From assembly GCF_001458695.1 (NCBI RefSeq), contig NZ_LN885086.1:2370001-2402000 (forward strand): DNA of 32,000 bases. The letters run 5' to 3'. Under the pieces are notes generated by a model that ran no database searches, was not told where the DNA came from, and saw only the letters and a list, made by a program, of their open reading frames with translations. The position numbers and the translations under genes are program-made. Positions 1-9,291 of the stretch are shown piece by piece. Every line of letters begins with the position of its first letter. Within the stretch, counting starts at the first letter, position 1. This DNA is from Candidatus Nitrospira inopinata (lineage in GTDB: Bacteria > Nitrospirota > Nitrospiria > Nitrospirales > Nitrospiraceae).

Positions 1-1099
1 GACGCGCGATGAAGTGCGCGCCCATTTCGGCGAGCTATGGTCAAGCCGCATCCCTCAAGGGGCGAGAAAAACCGGTCATACCAGCGGCACAACCGGCACG
101 CCGCTGACGGTCGGATACGATGACCAAACGATCGGGATGGCCTATGCGGCGCTTGATCGTCACTATCGGTGGGCCGGGTGCCGACTGGCTAGAGACGGCG
201 ATCGTATCGCCGTCGCGCGCGGAAACGTCATCGTGCCGTTGCATCAGAAGAAGCCGCCATTCTGGCGGCTGAATCGTTGCCACAATCAATTGCTCTTGTC
301 CTCTTTTCATCTTTCCAAACAGAATCTGCCGGCCTATTTCGATGAGTTGGCGCGGTTCAAACCAGCCGTTCTCGATGGCTATCCATCCACGCTCTATGTG
401 TTGGCAAAGTTTCTCCAGAGTTGTGGGCAGACGTTTCCTGTTCGAGCTGCCATCACGTCGTCGGAAACGCTCTACGACTTTCAGCGCGAATTGATCGAGG
501 AGCGCTTTCAGTGCCGAGTCTTTGACTACTATGCGTTGGCGGAGCGCGTGGTTTTCTCAAGCGAGTGCGATCGGCATGAGGGGCATCACGTGGCGATGGA
601 ATATGGGGTTGCCGAGGTCGTCGATGACAAGGGACAGCCCGTGTCAGACGGAGCCGCGGGCAAGTTGGTCGGGACGAGTCTGCACAACGATGCCATGCCT
701 TTGATTCGCTACGTCACGAGCGATATGACGAGTCTGCGCGAAAGACGCTGCTCGTGCGGGAGAGGGTTGACGATGATGGGCGACGTGACCACCAAGGCGG
801 AAGACGTCCTCACGCTCAAGGACGGGCGACTCATCTCGCCGTCCGTGCTGACCCATCCGTTTAAGCCGTTGGACTGTATCGAGGGGTCGCAGATCGTCCA
901 GACTGATCCGCAGACCGTCGTTGTGCGGCTGATCCCAGGTCCCGCCTATACGGAAGCCCATACCCGTCATTTGATGACCGAACTGACAGCTCGCTTGGGA
1001 GCCGATGTGAAGGTCGAGGTCCAAATGGTCGATCGTCTGGAGCAAAAACCCAACGGAAAATTCAAGTGGGTCATCTCACACGTTCCATTGGGAATCTGA
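1..1099 (+). CDS. Adenylate-forming enzyme of the phenylacetate-CoA ligase / coenzyme F390 synthetase (PaaK/CapK-like) family. The 5' end is cut by the window edge.
   Basis: The frame is open from nt 2, so the listed GTG at 14 is internal. It carries the AMP-binding P-loop-like motif TSGTTGTPL near the N-terminus. The C-terminal KPNGKFKWV resembles the conserved catalytic Lys region of PaaK-like ligases. About 360 aa are present and typical family members have roughly 430-450 aa. Confidence 0.8.
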   Translation, partial: TRDEVRAHFGELWSSRIPQGARKTGHTSGTTGTPLTVGYDDQTIGMAYAALDRHYRWAGCRLARDGDRIAVARGNVIVPLHQKKPPFWRLNRCHNQLLLSSFHLSKQNLPAYFDELARFKPAVLDGYPSTLYVLAKFLQSCGQTFPVRAAITSSETLYDFQRELIEERFQCRVFDYYALAERVVFSSECDRHEGHHVAMEYGVAEVVDDKGQPVSDGAAGKLVGTSLHNDAMPLIRYVTSDMTSLRERRCSCGRGLTMMGDVTTKAEDVLTLKDGRLISPSVLTHPFKPLDCIEGSQIVQTDPQTVVVRLIPGPAYTEAHTRHLMTELTARLGADVKVEVQMVDRLEQKPNGKFKWVISHVPLGI

Positions 1100-1139
1100 T
1101 CGATCGCGGATTCTTGGACAAGCAAGGGAGAAAACCGGT

Positions 1140-2984
1140 ATGTGCGGCATAGTGGGGCTGATGTACGCCGATCCAGCCCGCCATTGCTCCCGTGAGGTTG
1201 TCACGAAGATGCGGGATACGTTTGTCTATCGGGGGCCCGATGACGCCGGCCTGTATCTGGATGGTCCGGTGGGGTTGGGGCATCGACGATTGAGCATTAT
1301 CGACCTCGGCGGCGGCCATCAGCCGATGTCGATTGAAAACGGCGCGTTCTGGATCGTGTTCAACGGTGAAATTTACAACTATCGATCATTGCGCGAAGAG
1401 TTGATCCGGAAAGGCCGTCGATTTCAAACGCAGAGCGACACGGAAGTGATTCTCCATCTCTATGCCGAGCGAGGCGAAGCCTGTGTGCACGCGCTCAACG
1501 GGATGTTTGCGTTCGCCGTTTGGGATACTCGTCGGCGCGCGCTGTTTCTGGCCCGCGACCGAATGGGGGTCAAACCCCTCTATTATGCGGTGACGCCGGA
1601 GGCGTTTCTCTTTGCGTCTGAAATCAAGGCCATTTTGAGCAGCGGATTGATGCCGGCGCGCTGTCGAAGCGAGGCCTTGGGGGAATATCTGCTCTTTCGC
1701 CAGGTCGCCGGCCCGGAAACCCTGTTTGCGGGAGTGATGAATCTTCCTCCCGGATGCACCCTGACGCTCTGTGATGGAAAGTCTCACGTCACTCGCTACT
1801 GGTCTCTCAGGCCGGCTGCGGACCGACCAGCGATCACCTACGAAGAGGCTAAGAACACGTTGACCGAGTTGCTGGAAGACTCCGTCAAGTTGCGACTGAT
1901 CAGCGACGTCCCCGTCGGGACTTTTTGCAGCGGAGGCGTTGATTCCAGCCTCGTCACGGCCTTGGCGTCGAAAATCAAAAGCGACCAAGTCAACACGTTT
2001 TCCATTGGTTTTGATGAGCCAGAGTATGATGAAAGTGCCTTTGCCTTCATGGTTGCCAAGCAGTATAGAACGCTTCACCATCAGCTCACTATTGGTAACG
2101 TTGAGTTCAGCGAACTATTCCCGCAAATGGTCTGGCAGAACGACGAGCCGCTCAATTTTGCGAACTCCATCCAGATCTTTGCCTTAAGTCGCATGGCTAA
2201 GCAATATGTGACAGTGGTTCTGACGGGCGAAGGATCCGACGAATTGTTCGCCGGCTATCCTCGTTATCGCATTCCGGGGATGGCTTCTTTCTATCGTCGT
2301 ATGCCGCGCGCGCTGCGAAGCCTTGCGAAACTGTGGGGAGCCGTCGCGAAGGATCATCGGATCATGAAGCTTGACCGGTTTGCATCGTGTTCTCCATTAG
2401 AAACGCTGCTGTACAATTCCAGCATGTTGCGTCCCGATGTCGTCGCGACCATCGCGCCGCGTCTCGCCGAAAGCCGACTTGACCATCGCCGGTCATGCCT
2501 CAAGGGAACCGAGCAGCTTGGGCTGGACGACCTCGCGAGGGCGGCGCTGTTGGACCAGGAGTGTTTTCTTGTGTCCATTTTGAATCGACAGGACAAGATG
2601 AGCATGGCCGCGAGCATCGAGTCTCGGGTGCCGTTCATGGATTATCGAATCGTCGAATTCGCCAACCGGTTGCCGAGTTCATACAAGTTGCGGAAGGGAA
2701 GTGGGAAGGCTATTGTGAAGGATGTGGCGCGGGCCTTCTTGCCAGCAGAGACGGTTGATCGGCGTAAATCGGGATTTGGCGTACCACTAGACCGCTGGTT
2801 TCGATCCGATGTGGGGATGGGAGAACGAGTTCGTCAGTTACCGAACCAAGTTGATCCCGATCTCTTCGATCGAAAGATCCTCCGTCGGTTGGTCGAGGAA
2901 CATCGGGCCGGTGCGCAAGATCACTCCGAGGTTCTCTGGACGGTGTTAAACGTGCAAACATGGAAAGAGACGTTCCATTGCTGA
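1140..2984 (+). CDS. asnB: Asparagine synthase (glutamine-hydrolysing) family amidotransferase, of the kind found in EPS/exosortase loci
   Basis: The N-terminal MCGIVG gives the class II (Ntn) glutamine amidotransferase catalytic Cys2. The PP-loop SGGVDSS is present in FCSGGVDSSLV. It is 614 aa long, with an AGGGAG RBS upstream of the ATG. Confidence 0.92.
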   Translation: MCGIVGLMYADPARHCSREVVTKMRDTFVYRGPDDAGLYLDGPVGLGHRRLSIIDLGGGHQPMSIENGAFWIVFNGEIYNYRSLREELIRKGRRFQTQSDTEVILHLYAERGEACVHALNGMFAFAVWDTRRRALFLARDRMGVKPLYYAVTPEAFLFASEIKAILSSGLMPARCRSEALGEYLLFRQVAGPETLFAGVMNLPPGCTLTLCDGKSHVTRYWSLRPAADRPAITYEEAKNTLTELLEDSVKLRLISDVPVGTFCSGGVDSSLVTALASKIKSDQVNTFSIGFDEPEYDESAFAFMVAKQYRTLHHQLTIGNVEFSELFPQMVWQNDEPLNFANSIQIFALSRMAKQYVTVVLTGEGSDELFAGYPRYRIPGMASFYRRMPRALRSLAKLWGAVAKDHRIMKLDRFASCSPLETLLYNSSMLRPDVVATIAPRLAESRLDHRRSCLKGTEQLGLDDLARAALLDQECFLVSILNRQDKMSMAASIESRVPFMDYRIVEFANRLPSSYKLRKGSGKAIVKDVARAFLPAETVDRRKSGFGVPLDRWFRSDVGMGERVRQLPNQVDPDLFDRKILRRLVEEHRAGAQDHSEVLWTVLNVQTWKETFHC

Positions 2985-3011
2985 CAAAGTCGTGAGGCCG
3001 AACCCATCATC

Positions 3012-5048
3012 ATGAAGGCACAAACGAATTCCACCGCGCCACTGGACGTCGCGCTCATCGGCTGCGGAAAAATGGCGGTGCATCACGCCAAAGCGATCAA
3101 GGCCTGTGGAGGCGGGCGTATCGTCGGCTTGGCCGACCCATCCGGCGACCGATCCAAACTGGACGGCTTGATTCCCCGGGACGTTCCTTTTTTTACCTCG
3201 ACCGCCGACCTCTTGAAGACGGTCAAGCCGACCGTGGCGCATATCGTGACCCCGCCGGCGACGCATGCGGACCTGGCGTTGCTCTGTTTGGAACATGGCT
3301 CTCACGTCTATGTGGAAAAACCCTTCACGTTGCGGTTTTCCGAAGCGAACACGGTATTGGAAGCCGCCCAAAAGGCCGGCCGCTTGGTCTGCGCGGGGCA
3401 CCAGTTGCTGTACGAACCTCCCGCGCGGGCGCTTGCCGAGTCGCTGCCGTTGATCGGCCGGGTTGTCCATGTTGAAAGCTACTTTTCATTTAAGACGGTG
3501 AGAAAATCCACAGATGGCCGATCGTTGATGTCACCCATCGATCAGTTGATGGATATCCTGCCTCATCCCGTCTATACGTTGCTTAATGTGTTGAGTGCGC
3601 AGGTCAAGGCGGCGCCGCTCTTACAGTCGTTGTTGGTTCGGCCCGAAGGGGAGGTCCATGCTTTGTTACAGGCTGGGGAGGCGACGGGAACGTTGGTCGT
3701 TACCCTGCGTGGCCGGCCGATCGATTCCTATCTGCGAGTCGTCGGCACCAACGGATCACTCCGAGCCGATTTCGTGCGCGGCCATCTGACCAAGTTGGCC
3801 GGTCCAGGCGCTTCGGCGGTCGGGATCCTCTCGAATCCCTATCGGGAGGCGATGCAGATGGTCTTCGGATCGACGAAAGGCTTTGCATCGCGCATTCTGA
3901 ATAAACACAAGGGCTACCCTGGATTGGCCGAATTGATCCAGGCGTTTTATACCGGCATTCGTCGAGGGGAGGTTTCGCCCTTGTCGCCGGACTCCATTCG
4001 AGAAACCGTGCGTCTGTGCGAGCAGATCGGAGAGCGATTGCATGCCGCCAAAGCCGAGTTTGAAGCTCGGGCGGAGATCGAATTGGCCGCGCAAGCAAGC
4101 CAATTGCCGCCGATTGATGAACGAAAAGGACTCGTACTCGTGACGGGGGGAAGCGGTATGCTCGGGCGAGCGGTCGTCTCAGGATTGCGGCGATGCGGCT
4201 GGCCTGTTCGTTCTTTGGGGCGACGAATTCCTCCGCCATCCGAACGAGAGCCTGGCGTTGAGTATGTGAAGGCCGATTTAGGGGGGGATTTCGATCGTGA
4301 TGTTGCGAAAGGAGTTGAGACCGTTGTCCATTGCGCCGCGGAAACGGCCGGAGGCAAGGACGCGCATGAACGAAACTCCGTGGCGGCAACCAGAAACCTG
4401 TTACACGCTGCCGCTGACGCCTCTGTTCGGCGGTTCATCCATATCAGCAGCCTGGCCGTTTTAAAAACAAGCAAGGAAATGGGCAAGCCGCTGGATGAGC
4501 GGACGCCTGTCGATATCGGCAATCTTGGTCGAGGACCCTACGTGTGGGGCAAGGCCGAGTCGGAACGGCTGGTTAACGAATTAGGACGAACCCTGGGGCT
4601 TTCGGTGAAGATCATCAGACCTGGCCCATTGGTGGACTTCGCTAATTACGAGCCGCCGGGGAGATTAGGTCGAGAGCTGGGACCGATTTATGTTGCCGTG
4701 GGACCAAAGTCGAGCCGCATCGCTCTGTGTGATGTGCGGACGGCCGCCCAAGTTATCAGAGCGACGGTGCAGGACTTTGACGCCGCCCCCCCGGTACTCA
4801 ACCTCGTGGAACCGACTGCGCCAACGCGTGAAGAGTTGCTGAAGCGGTGGCTTCAAAAGCGACCAGATCTCAAAGCCGTGTGGCTGCCGGGATTCGTCTT
4901 GTCCTTCTTGTCACCTGTCCTCATCCTGCTTCAGCGGATTTTGCTGCGGGGGAAGACCCCGGTCGACATCGCCGCGGCCTTCGCGTCGGAACAGTATGAT
5001 ACGGCGCTGGCAAAAGAAATGGTGCAGCGTGCTTATGAAACGATCTGA
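3012..5048 (+). CDS. Two-domain fusion: an N-terminal Gfo/Idh/MocA-type NAD(P) oxidoreductase and a C-terminal NAD-dependent epimerase/dehydratase (extended SDR)
   Basis: The first Rossmann signature VALIGCGKMAVHHAKA plus EKPF is typical of Gfo/Idh/MocA. The second Rossmann signature VLVTGGSGMLGRAV begins around aa 375 and is followed by an SDR-like region (YVWGKAESE, i.e. YxxxK). The whole gene is one uninterrupted 678-aa ORF. Confidence 0.8.
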   Translation: MKAQTNSTAPLDVALIGCGKMAVHHAKAIKACGGGRIVGLADPSGDRSKLDGLIPRDVPFFTSTADLLKTVKPTVAHIVTPPATHADLALLCLEHGSHVYVEKPFTLRFSEANTVLEAAQKAGRLVCAGHQLLYEPPARALAESLPLIGRVVHVESYFSFKTVRKSTDGRSLMSPIDQLMDILPHPVYTLLNVLSAQVKAAPLLQSLLVRPEGEVHALLQAGEATGTLVVTLRGRPIDSYLRVVGTNGSLRADFVRGHLTKLAGPGASAVGILSNPYREAMQMVFGSTKGFASRILNKHKGYPGLAELIQAFYTGIRRGEVSPLSPDSIRETVRLCEQIGERLHAAKAEFEARAEIELAAQASQLPPIDERKGLVLVTGGSGMLGRAVVSGLRRCGWPVRSLGRRIPPPSEREPGVEYVKADLGGDFDRDVAKGVETVVHCAAETAGGKDAHERNSVAATRNLLHAAADASVRRFIHISSLAVLKTSKEMGKPLDERTPVDIGNLGRGPYVWGKAESERLVNELGRTLGLSVKIIRPGPLVDFANYEPPGRLGRELGPIYVAVGPKSSRIALCDVRTAAQVIRATVQDFDAAPPVLNLVEPTAPTREELLKRWLQKRPDLKAVWLPGFVLSFLSPVLILLQRILLRGKTPVDIAAAFASEQYDTALAKEMVQRAYETI

Positions 5049-5865
5049 AATAATCCAAGCGGAAAAGATGTCGGCTGATGCGCATTCCGGCGGAGCCATT
5101 CATCAAAAATGGGTGGCTAATTATCGGACGCCGGAGATGCAGGCATTCTATGACATGGCATTCGACAAGATCGTGAAGCTGCTGGACGCTCCACGCGACT
5201 CTATGATTTTGGATGCCGGTTGCGGAAGTTGCGCAAAGTCCGTCCTTTTGGCTTCCAAAGGTTTCCGTGTGACAGCGGTTGATTACTCGGCTGATGCTCT
5301 GAAACTAGCGAAGGAGACGATCTACGCGCAAGGCTTGGCTGACCGTGTCACTCTGAAGCAGGAAGACCTGCTAGGGCTCTCGTTTCCCGATCGCTCGTTT
5401 CAATACGCCCTCTGTTGGGGGGTGTTGATGCATATCCCTGACGTGCAGCGCGCTTTAAGTGAACTGGCGCGAATCGTGAAGCCTGGAGGAATACTTGTAT
5501 TGAGCGAAGGCAACGTAAATTCCATGCAAGCAAAACTTATGCGCACGCTTAAAAAGCTGTTGCGTCGTGAGCGTGCGGAAGTCAGGCATATACCGGCTGG
5601 CATTGAGTACCTTGAAAAGACGGACCAAGGGACGTTGCTGACGCGGCAGACCAATATGTCGTGGCTGATCACCGAATGCGATCGGCTTGGTTTCGATGTC
5701 AAGGCCAGAATTGCCGGACAGTTCACCGAGCTTTATGTAGCCGTGCCGTGGCGACCGTTCAAAACGCTCCTTCATGGACTCAATAGCTTGTGGTTTCAGC
5801 ACGTGGGCTGGGCTGGTCCGGCCTTCGGGAATATCCTCATTTTAGAAAAACGTCTATCCGCTTAG
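5035..5865 (+). CDS. Class I SAM-dependent methyltransferase
   Basis: Motif I is ILDAGCGSCAKS and the post-I acidic residue lies in VTAVDYS. GGILVL matches Methyltransf_11/25-like proteins. I prefer the ATG at 5035 (MKRSEI), which overlaps the upstream stop at 5046-5048. The track start at 4996 and the ATG at 5068 are alternatives. Confidence 0.82.
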   Translation: MKRSEIIQAEKMSADAHSGGAIHQKWVANYRTPEMQAFYDMAFDKIVKLLDAPRDSMILDAGCGSCAKSVLLASKGFRVTAVDYSADALKLAKETIYAQGLADRVTLKQEDLLGLSFPDRSFQYALCWGVLMHIPDVQRALSELARIVKPGGILVLSEGNVNSMQAKLMRTLKKLLRRERAEVRHIPAGIEYLEKTDQGTLLTRQTNMSWLITECDRLGFDVKARIAGQFTELYVAVPWRPFKTLLHGLNSLWFQHVGWAGPAFGNILILEKRLSA

Positions 5866-5877
5866 GAAGAGAAAAGC

Positions 5878-6633
5878 ATGCGGAATTTGAGAGCCGCATA
5901 TGGCGCATATGGATTGACGGTCAAGCTGATTCACTTGACGATTGCGCTTGTAATAATGCTGACGGATGTGTCGTGCACTATTGATGGTCATGCAGGAGAT
6001 TCAATGAATGATCGGGAAGACAATATGCCAAAGACACTTGTCATTATCGGCGCCTCCTACGCAAAGGGGCTCAATCCTAAAGATCTGGCCGGGTATCAGG
6101 TTGTCAACAAGGGAATAAATGGGGAGCAGTCATTTGAGATGCTCGGCCGGTTTGAAACCGATGTGATTGCAGTCAAGCCGGATGCCGTGCTCATCTGGGG
6201 ATTTATCAACGACATCTTTCGAGGGGATGCCACACAAATTGATCAGATAGTGAAGCGAACGAGAGAAAGTACGGCGGCTATGGTGGCCATGGCAAAGAAA
6301 GCAGGAATCACGCCGATCTTGGCCACGGAAGTGACGATTCGCGGTCGAGAAGGGTGGAAAGAAGCCGCCCAGGAACTGGTTGCAAATGTACTGGGTAAGT
6401 CAAGTTACCAAGATTACGTTAATAAACATGTCAGAGAGACCAACCAATGGATTCGCCAAATGGCTGCACAGGAAAGGATTCAGCTTTTGGATTTTGAGGC
6501 GGTTCTTGCCGATCCACGAGGTGTTCGGAAGAAAGAGTTCTCGAAGCCTGACGGTAGCCACATTTCCGAAGCGGGATATGAGGCGTTGACTCGCTATGTC
6601 GAAGAGCGGCTGAAAGGGATGCCGAGTCAATGA
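5878..6633 (+). CDS. SGNH/GDSL-family hydrolase (esterase/deacylase) with an N-terminal hydrophobic anchor or signal
   Basis: The SGNH blocks are recognisable: block I VIIGASYAKG (Ser nucleophile), block II GINGEQS, block III GFINDI and block V DGSHISEAGY (DxxH). The N-terminus has the hydrophobic stretch LIHLTIALVIMLT. Confidence 0.75.
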   Translation: MRNLRAAYGAYGLTVKLIHLTIALVIMLTDVSCTIDGHAGDSMNDREDNMPKTLVIIGASYAKGLNPKDLAGYQVVNKGINGEQSFEMLGRFETDVIAVKPDAVLIWGFINDIFRGDATQIDQIVKRTRESTAAMVAMAKKAGITPILATEVTIRGREGWKEAAQELVANVLGKSSYQDYVNKHVRETNQWIRQMAAQERIQLLDFEAVLADPRGVRKKEFSKPDGSHISEAGYEALTRYVEERLKGMPSQ

Positions 6634-6736
6634 AGCGTAACGCGATTTCCGGACGTCCGTAATCGATGCGAGAGAAGAACGTGTGGAGGTGATTGCCAAA
6701 TATCTGGTCCTCCCATCCAATCTGATGACGATCAGC
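6631..6736 (+). repeat. Direct repeat, copy 1 (~106 bp). It holds a dead duplicate of the 5' end of the DUF218 gene.
   Basis: Positions 6648-6736 match 7436-7524 at an offset of 788 nt with a single mismatch. That mismatch (6669 C vs 7457 T) turns the GTG start into GCG. Weaker similarity runs back to 6631/7419 (TGAAGC). After the repeat, the copy-1 reading frame stops within 10 codons. Confidence 0.9.
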
Positions 6737-6832
6737 GTGAGTGCGATGGAAACGTGTCCATTGTAAAGAAAGAGTCAATCTGAGAGGGCGAAGTTTCATT
6801 TTATGGGGTTTTTGATTTAAGCCAGTGATCAG

Positions 6833-7450
6833 ATGAAAGAAATTGTTCTTGATCTAGGGTGCGGAGAAAATAAGATGACCGGGGCAATCGGAGTTGATTT
6901 ACGACCATGTCGTGGCGTGGATCTAATTTGCAGGATCAATGAGAAATTGCCTTTCAAAGACAGTTCGATCGACAAGATATGGTGCAGGCATGTACTGGAG
7001 CACATGGAGGATTTAGAGTTTGTTTTGATGGAATTTAAGAGAATCCTGAAAGATTCAGGAACGATCCATATTGTGGTCCCTCATTTTTCTAATTCATTGG
7101 CCTACTCGGACTATACGCACAAGAGATTTTTTGGCTACTACACATTTGATTATTTCTCTTTTAATAAAAGCAGATACTGGTGGGTGCCAACATATGTGTC
7201 TGCTGAGAAATTATTTTCGATAGAACAGAAACGGCTTGTGTTTAGAAATCTTGGTATTGCAGGGAGATTGGTAGAACGAATCGTAAATCGATCCGAGTTT
7301 GCTGCCTATTTATACGAAGCTAAATTCTCATGGGTGGTTCCTTGCTTCGAGATCTACTTTTGCCTATCAAAGCGGATGGTGGAAAGCTCGGCGTCTGGTG
7401 AAGACGATACCGTGCCGATGAAGCATGGTGCAATCTCCGGACGTCCGTAA
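6833..7450 (+). CDS. Class I SAM-dependent methyltransferase (Methyltransf_11-like), carried on an AT-rich insert
   Basis: Motif I is VLDLGCGENK. Other family-like elements are LPFKDSSIDKIW, HVLEHMED and GTIHIVVP. By eye the gene is clearly more AT-rich than both neighbours. Its last ~10 codons and its stop lie inside repeat copy 2. Confidence 0.8.
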   Translation: MKEIVLDLGCGENKMTGAIGVDLRPCRGVDLICRINEKLPFKDSSIDKIWCRHVLEHMEDLEFVLMEFKRILKDSGTIHIVVPHFSNSLAYSDYTHKRFFGYYTFDYFSFNKSRYWWVPTYVSAEKLFSIEQKRLVFRNLGIAGRLVERIVNRSEFAAYLYEAKFSWVVPCFEIYFCLSKRMVESSASGEDDTVPMKHGAISGRP

Positions 7451-7524
7451 TCGATGTGAGAGAAGAACGTGTGGAGGTGATTGCCAAATATCTGGTCCTC
7501 CCATCCAATCTGATGACGATCAGC
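7419..7524 (+). repeat. Direct repeat, copy 2. It spans the methyltransferase stop and the functional start of the DUF218 gene.
   Basis: This is the partner of 6631-6736, as described for that feature. Confidence 0.9.
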
Positions 7525-8199
7525 CTGCTCGTCGGCTTGGTACTCCTCTTGTTTCGTATGACAAAGAAAGGCCTATGGGTTGGTTTGGGAGGAGTCGCGA
7601 TCTATCTCGTCTTCGGCACCGGCCCCGTCTCCTTTCTGCTGCTGGGGGCATTGGAGTTTCGTATTCCACCGGCTGACCTAACAGAGCGGGAAAAGGCGGA
7701 GGCCATTGTGGTTCTTGCCGGATACGGCGAGGCTGATCCGGATCACCCGCTCAGCAGCCGTGTTAATGGGACGTCGGCCATTCGCTTGCTGGAGACGGTG
7801 ATGTTGCACAAAAGCTGGCCCAACATGCCTGTTTTTGTGAGCGGGTTTCAAGAGGTTGCCGATATTATGAGGGATATTCTTATATCTGCCGGCGTTCCAC
7901 AGAGCCAAATTATCGTTGATTCCTTGTCGATGAATACATATGAGAGCGCCATTCATTTGGCGCCGATGCTGGGCAACCAGCCGTTTTTGCTTGTCACGTC
8001 CGCCGGCCACATGCCGAGGGCGATGGGTGTGTTTCTCAAGGCAGGCACCCATCCCCTTCCCGTGCCGACCGATTATATGACCAAGCGCAACCCACTCGCG
8101 ACCACTTATTTGCCGTCCCCGCTGCATTTGCATTGCTCGGACTTGGCGATGTCCGAGTACGCGGCGCTGGCTTGGTATTCTCTCAAGGGACGTGTGTGA
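7456..8199 (+). CDS. DUF218 (YdcF/ElyC-like) domain membrane protein
   Basis: It uses a GTG start. Two N-terminal hydrophobic helices are followed by a YdcF-type core: IVVLAGYG, ..., LLVTSAGHMPRA. The last of these matches the family motif (vTSxxHmxRa). Confidence 0.72.
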   Translation: MREERVEVIAKYLVLPSNLMTISLLVGLVLLLFRMTKKGLWVGLGGVAIYLVFGTGPVSFLLLGALEFRIPPADLTEREKAEAIVVLAGYGEADPDHPLSSRVNGTSAIRLLETVMLHKSWPNMPVFVSGFQEVADIMRDILISAGVPQSQIIVDSLSMNTYESAIHLAPMLGNQPFLLVTSAGHMPRAMGVFLKAGTHPLPVPTDYMTKRNPLATTYLPSPLHLHCSDLAMSEYAALAWYSLKGRV

Positions 8200-9266
8200 T
8201 GGTCGGCGGGGGCGGCTTGCGGACGGAAGAGGAAACATCAAGGGATTGTCGCGCACTAGTAGTGACGAGCAAGCTGGATGACAAAGAGCCGTGGTGGTGG
8301 AGACATATCGCCGAATCTCCTTATGCCGGGCGGATTGATCATAGGAGAATTTTACTCAAAGGAGGACGGATTACCGGCGTTCTCTCTCGCCGGTTTATCG
8401 CTTTCGCGTCTGAGTTATGGGGTGTTGTGCGCCGGGCTCGCGCGACACATACGTTCGTGTTCACCTTTGAATGTGGGTGGGAATCTTTGCTCATATCCCT
8501 TATGCAGACTCTAACAGGCATCCATAAACCGCGTCACGTTATTTTGCAGTTCATCATGCGAGAGAAGACTCAAGCATTGGGTTCCTGTGCCAAGTACACC
8601 TTCATGCGGTGGTTATTCTCATCCGTCCATCGGTGCGTGTGTTCCTCACAAGGCGAGGGCCGGTATTACGAATCGGTGTTTGGGTGGTCCGCTTCAAAGT
8701 GGTCGTATATACCGTTTCATACGGACCCCGACTTGCTTGATTACGACGGCTCAGGCCATGATGGATTTGTCTTGTCCGCCGGGCGCACATTCCGCGACTA
8801 CCGAACATTGCTTCAGGCTTTTCAGTCGATCGACGCGCCGTTGCGGATCGTTGCGTCTCCGTCGAATATCGAATTGCGGGACAAACCGGCCCACGTCACG
8901 ATTGACTATGACCTGCCCGGTCCCGATTTGATGAAGCTCATGGCCCGTGCATTTGCCGTGGCGGTGCCCCTTGAACCCCGGAAAATTTCAACAGGACAAA
9001 GTGTCATCCTGCAAGCCATGGCGCTAGGCAAGCCGGTCATTGCAACCAGAGTCAATGGCACCGAAGACTATATTGAGCATATGAGAACGGGCATCCTGGT
9101 GCCGCCTTGTGATCCGCGCGCGATTGAAGAAGCCGTGCGCTTGCTTCTCAGCGATGAGCCGCTTCGCCAACGGCTCGGCCGTGCCGCCAGAGAGCGGATC
9201 AAAGAAGCCCACTTGCCCGTTCACTATGTTCATGACGTTGCGAAGGCATTGGGCGTGGCAGTCTAG
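8199..9266 (+). CDS. Glycosyltransferase, GT-B fold (GT4 / group 1 like)
   Basis: The C-terminal signature is ...STGQSVILQAMALGKPVIATRVNGTEDYIEHMRTGILVPPCDPRAIEEAV, an EX7E-type region. The ATG at 8199 overlaps the upstream TGA (TGATG), which suggests translational coupling. The track start at 8133 would overlap the DUF218 gene by 67 nt. Confidence 0.85.
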   Translation: MVGGGGLRTEEETSRDCRALVVTSKLDDKEPWWWRHIAESPYAGRIDHRRILLKGGRITGVLSRRFIAFASELWGVVRRARATHTFVFTFECGWESLLISLMQTLTGIHKPRHVILQFIMREKTQALGSCAKYTFMRWLFSSVHRCVCSSQGEGRYYESVFGWSASKWSYIPFHTDPDLLDYDGSGHDGFVLSAGRTFRDYRTLLQAFQSIDAPLRIVASPSNIELRDKPAHVTIDYDLPGPDLMKLMARAFAVAVPLEPRKISTGQSVILQAMALGKPVIATRVNGTEDYIEHMRTGILVPPCDPRAIEEAVRLLLSDEPLRQRLGRAARERIKEAHLPVHYVHDVAKALGVAV

Positions 9267-9291
9267 TGCGTTTGTCGGTTCGGAAAGCCAG

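Noticed and set aside
8133-8198. Upstream extended starts for the two glycosyltransferase genes, at 8133 and 9109.
   Set aside because: Each would overlap the preceding gene by 67-158 nt. The in-frame ATGs at 8199 (TGATG overlap) and 9292 give compact operon junctions.
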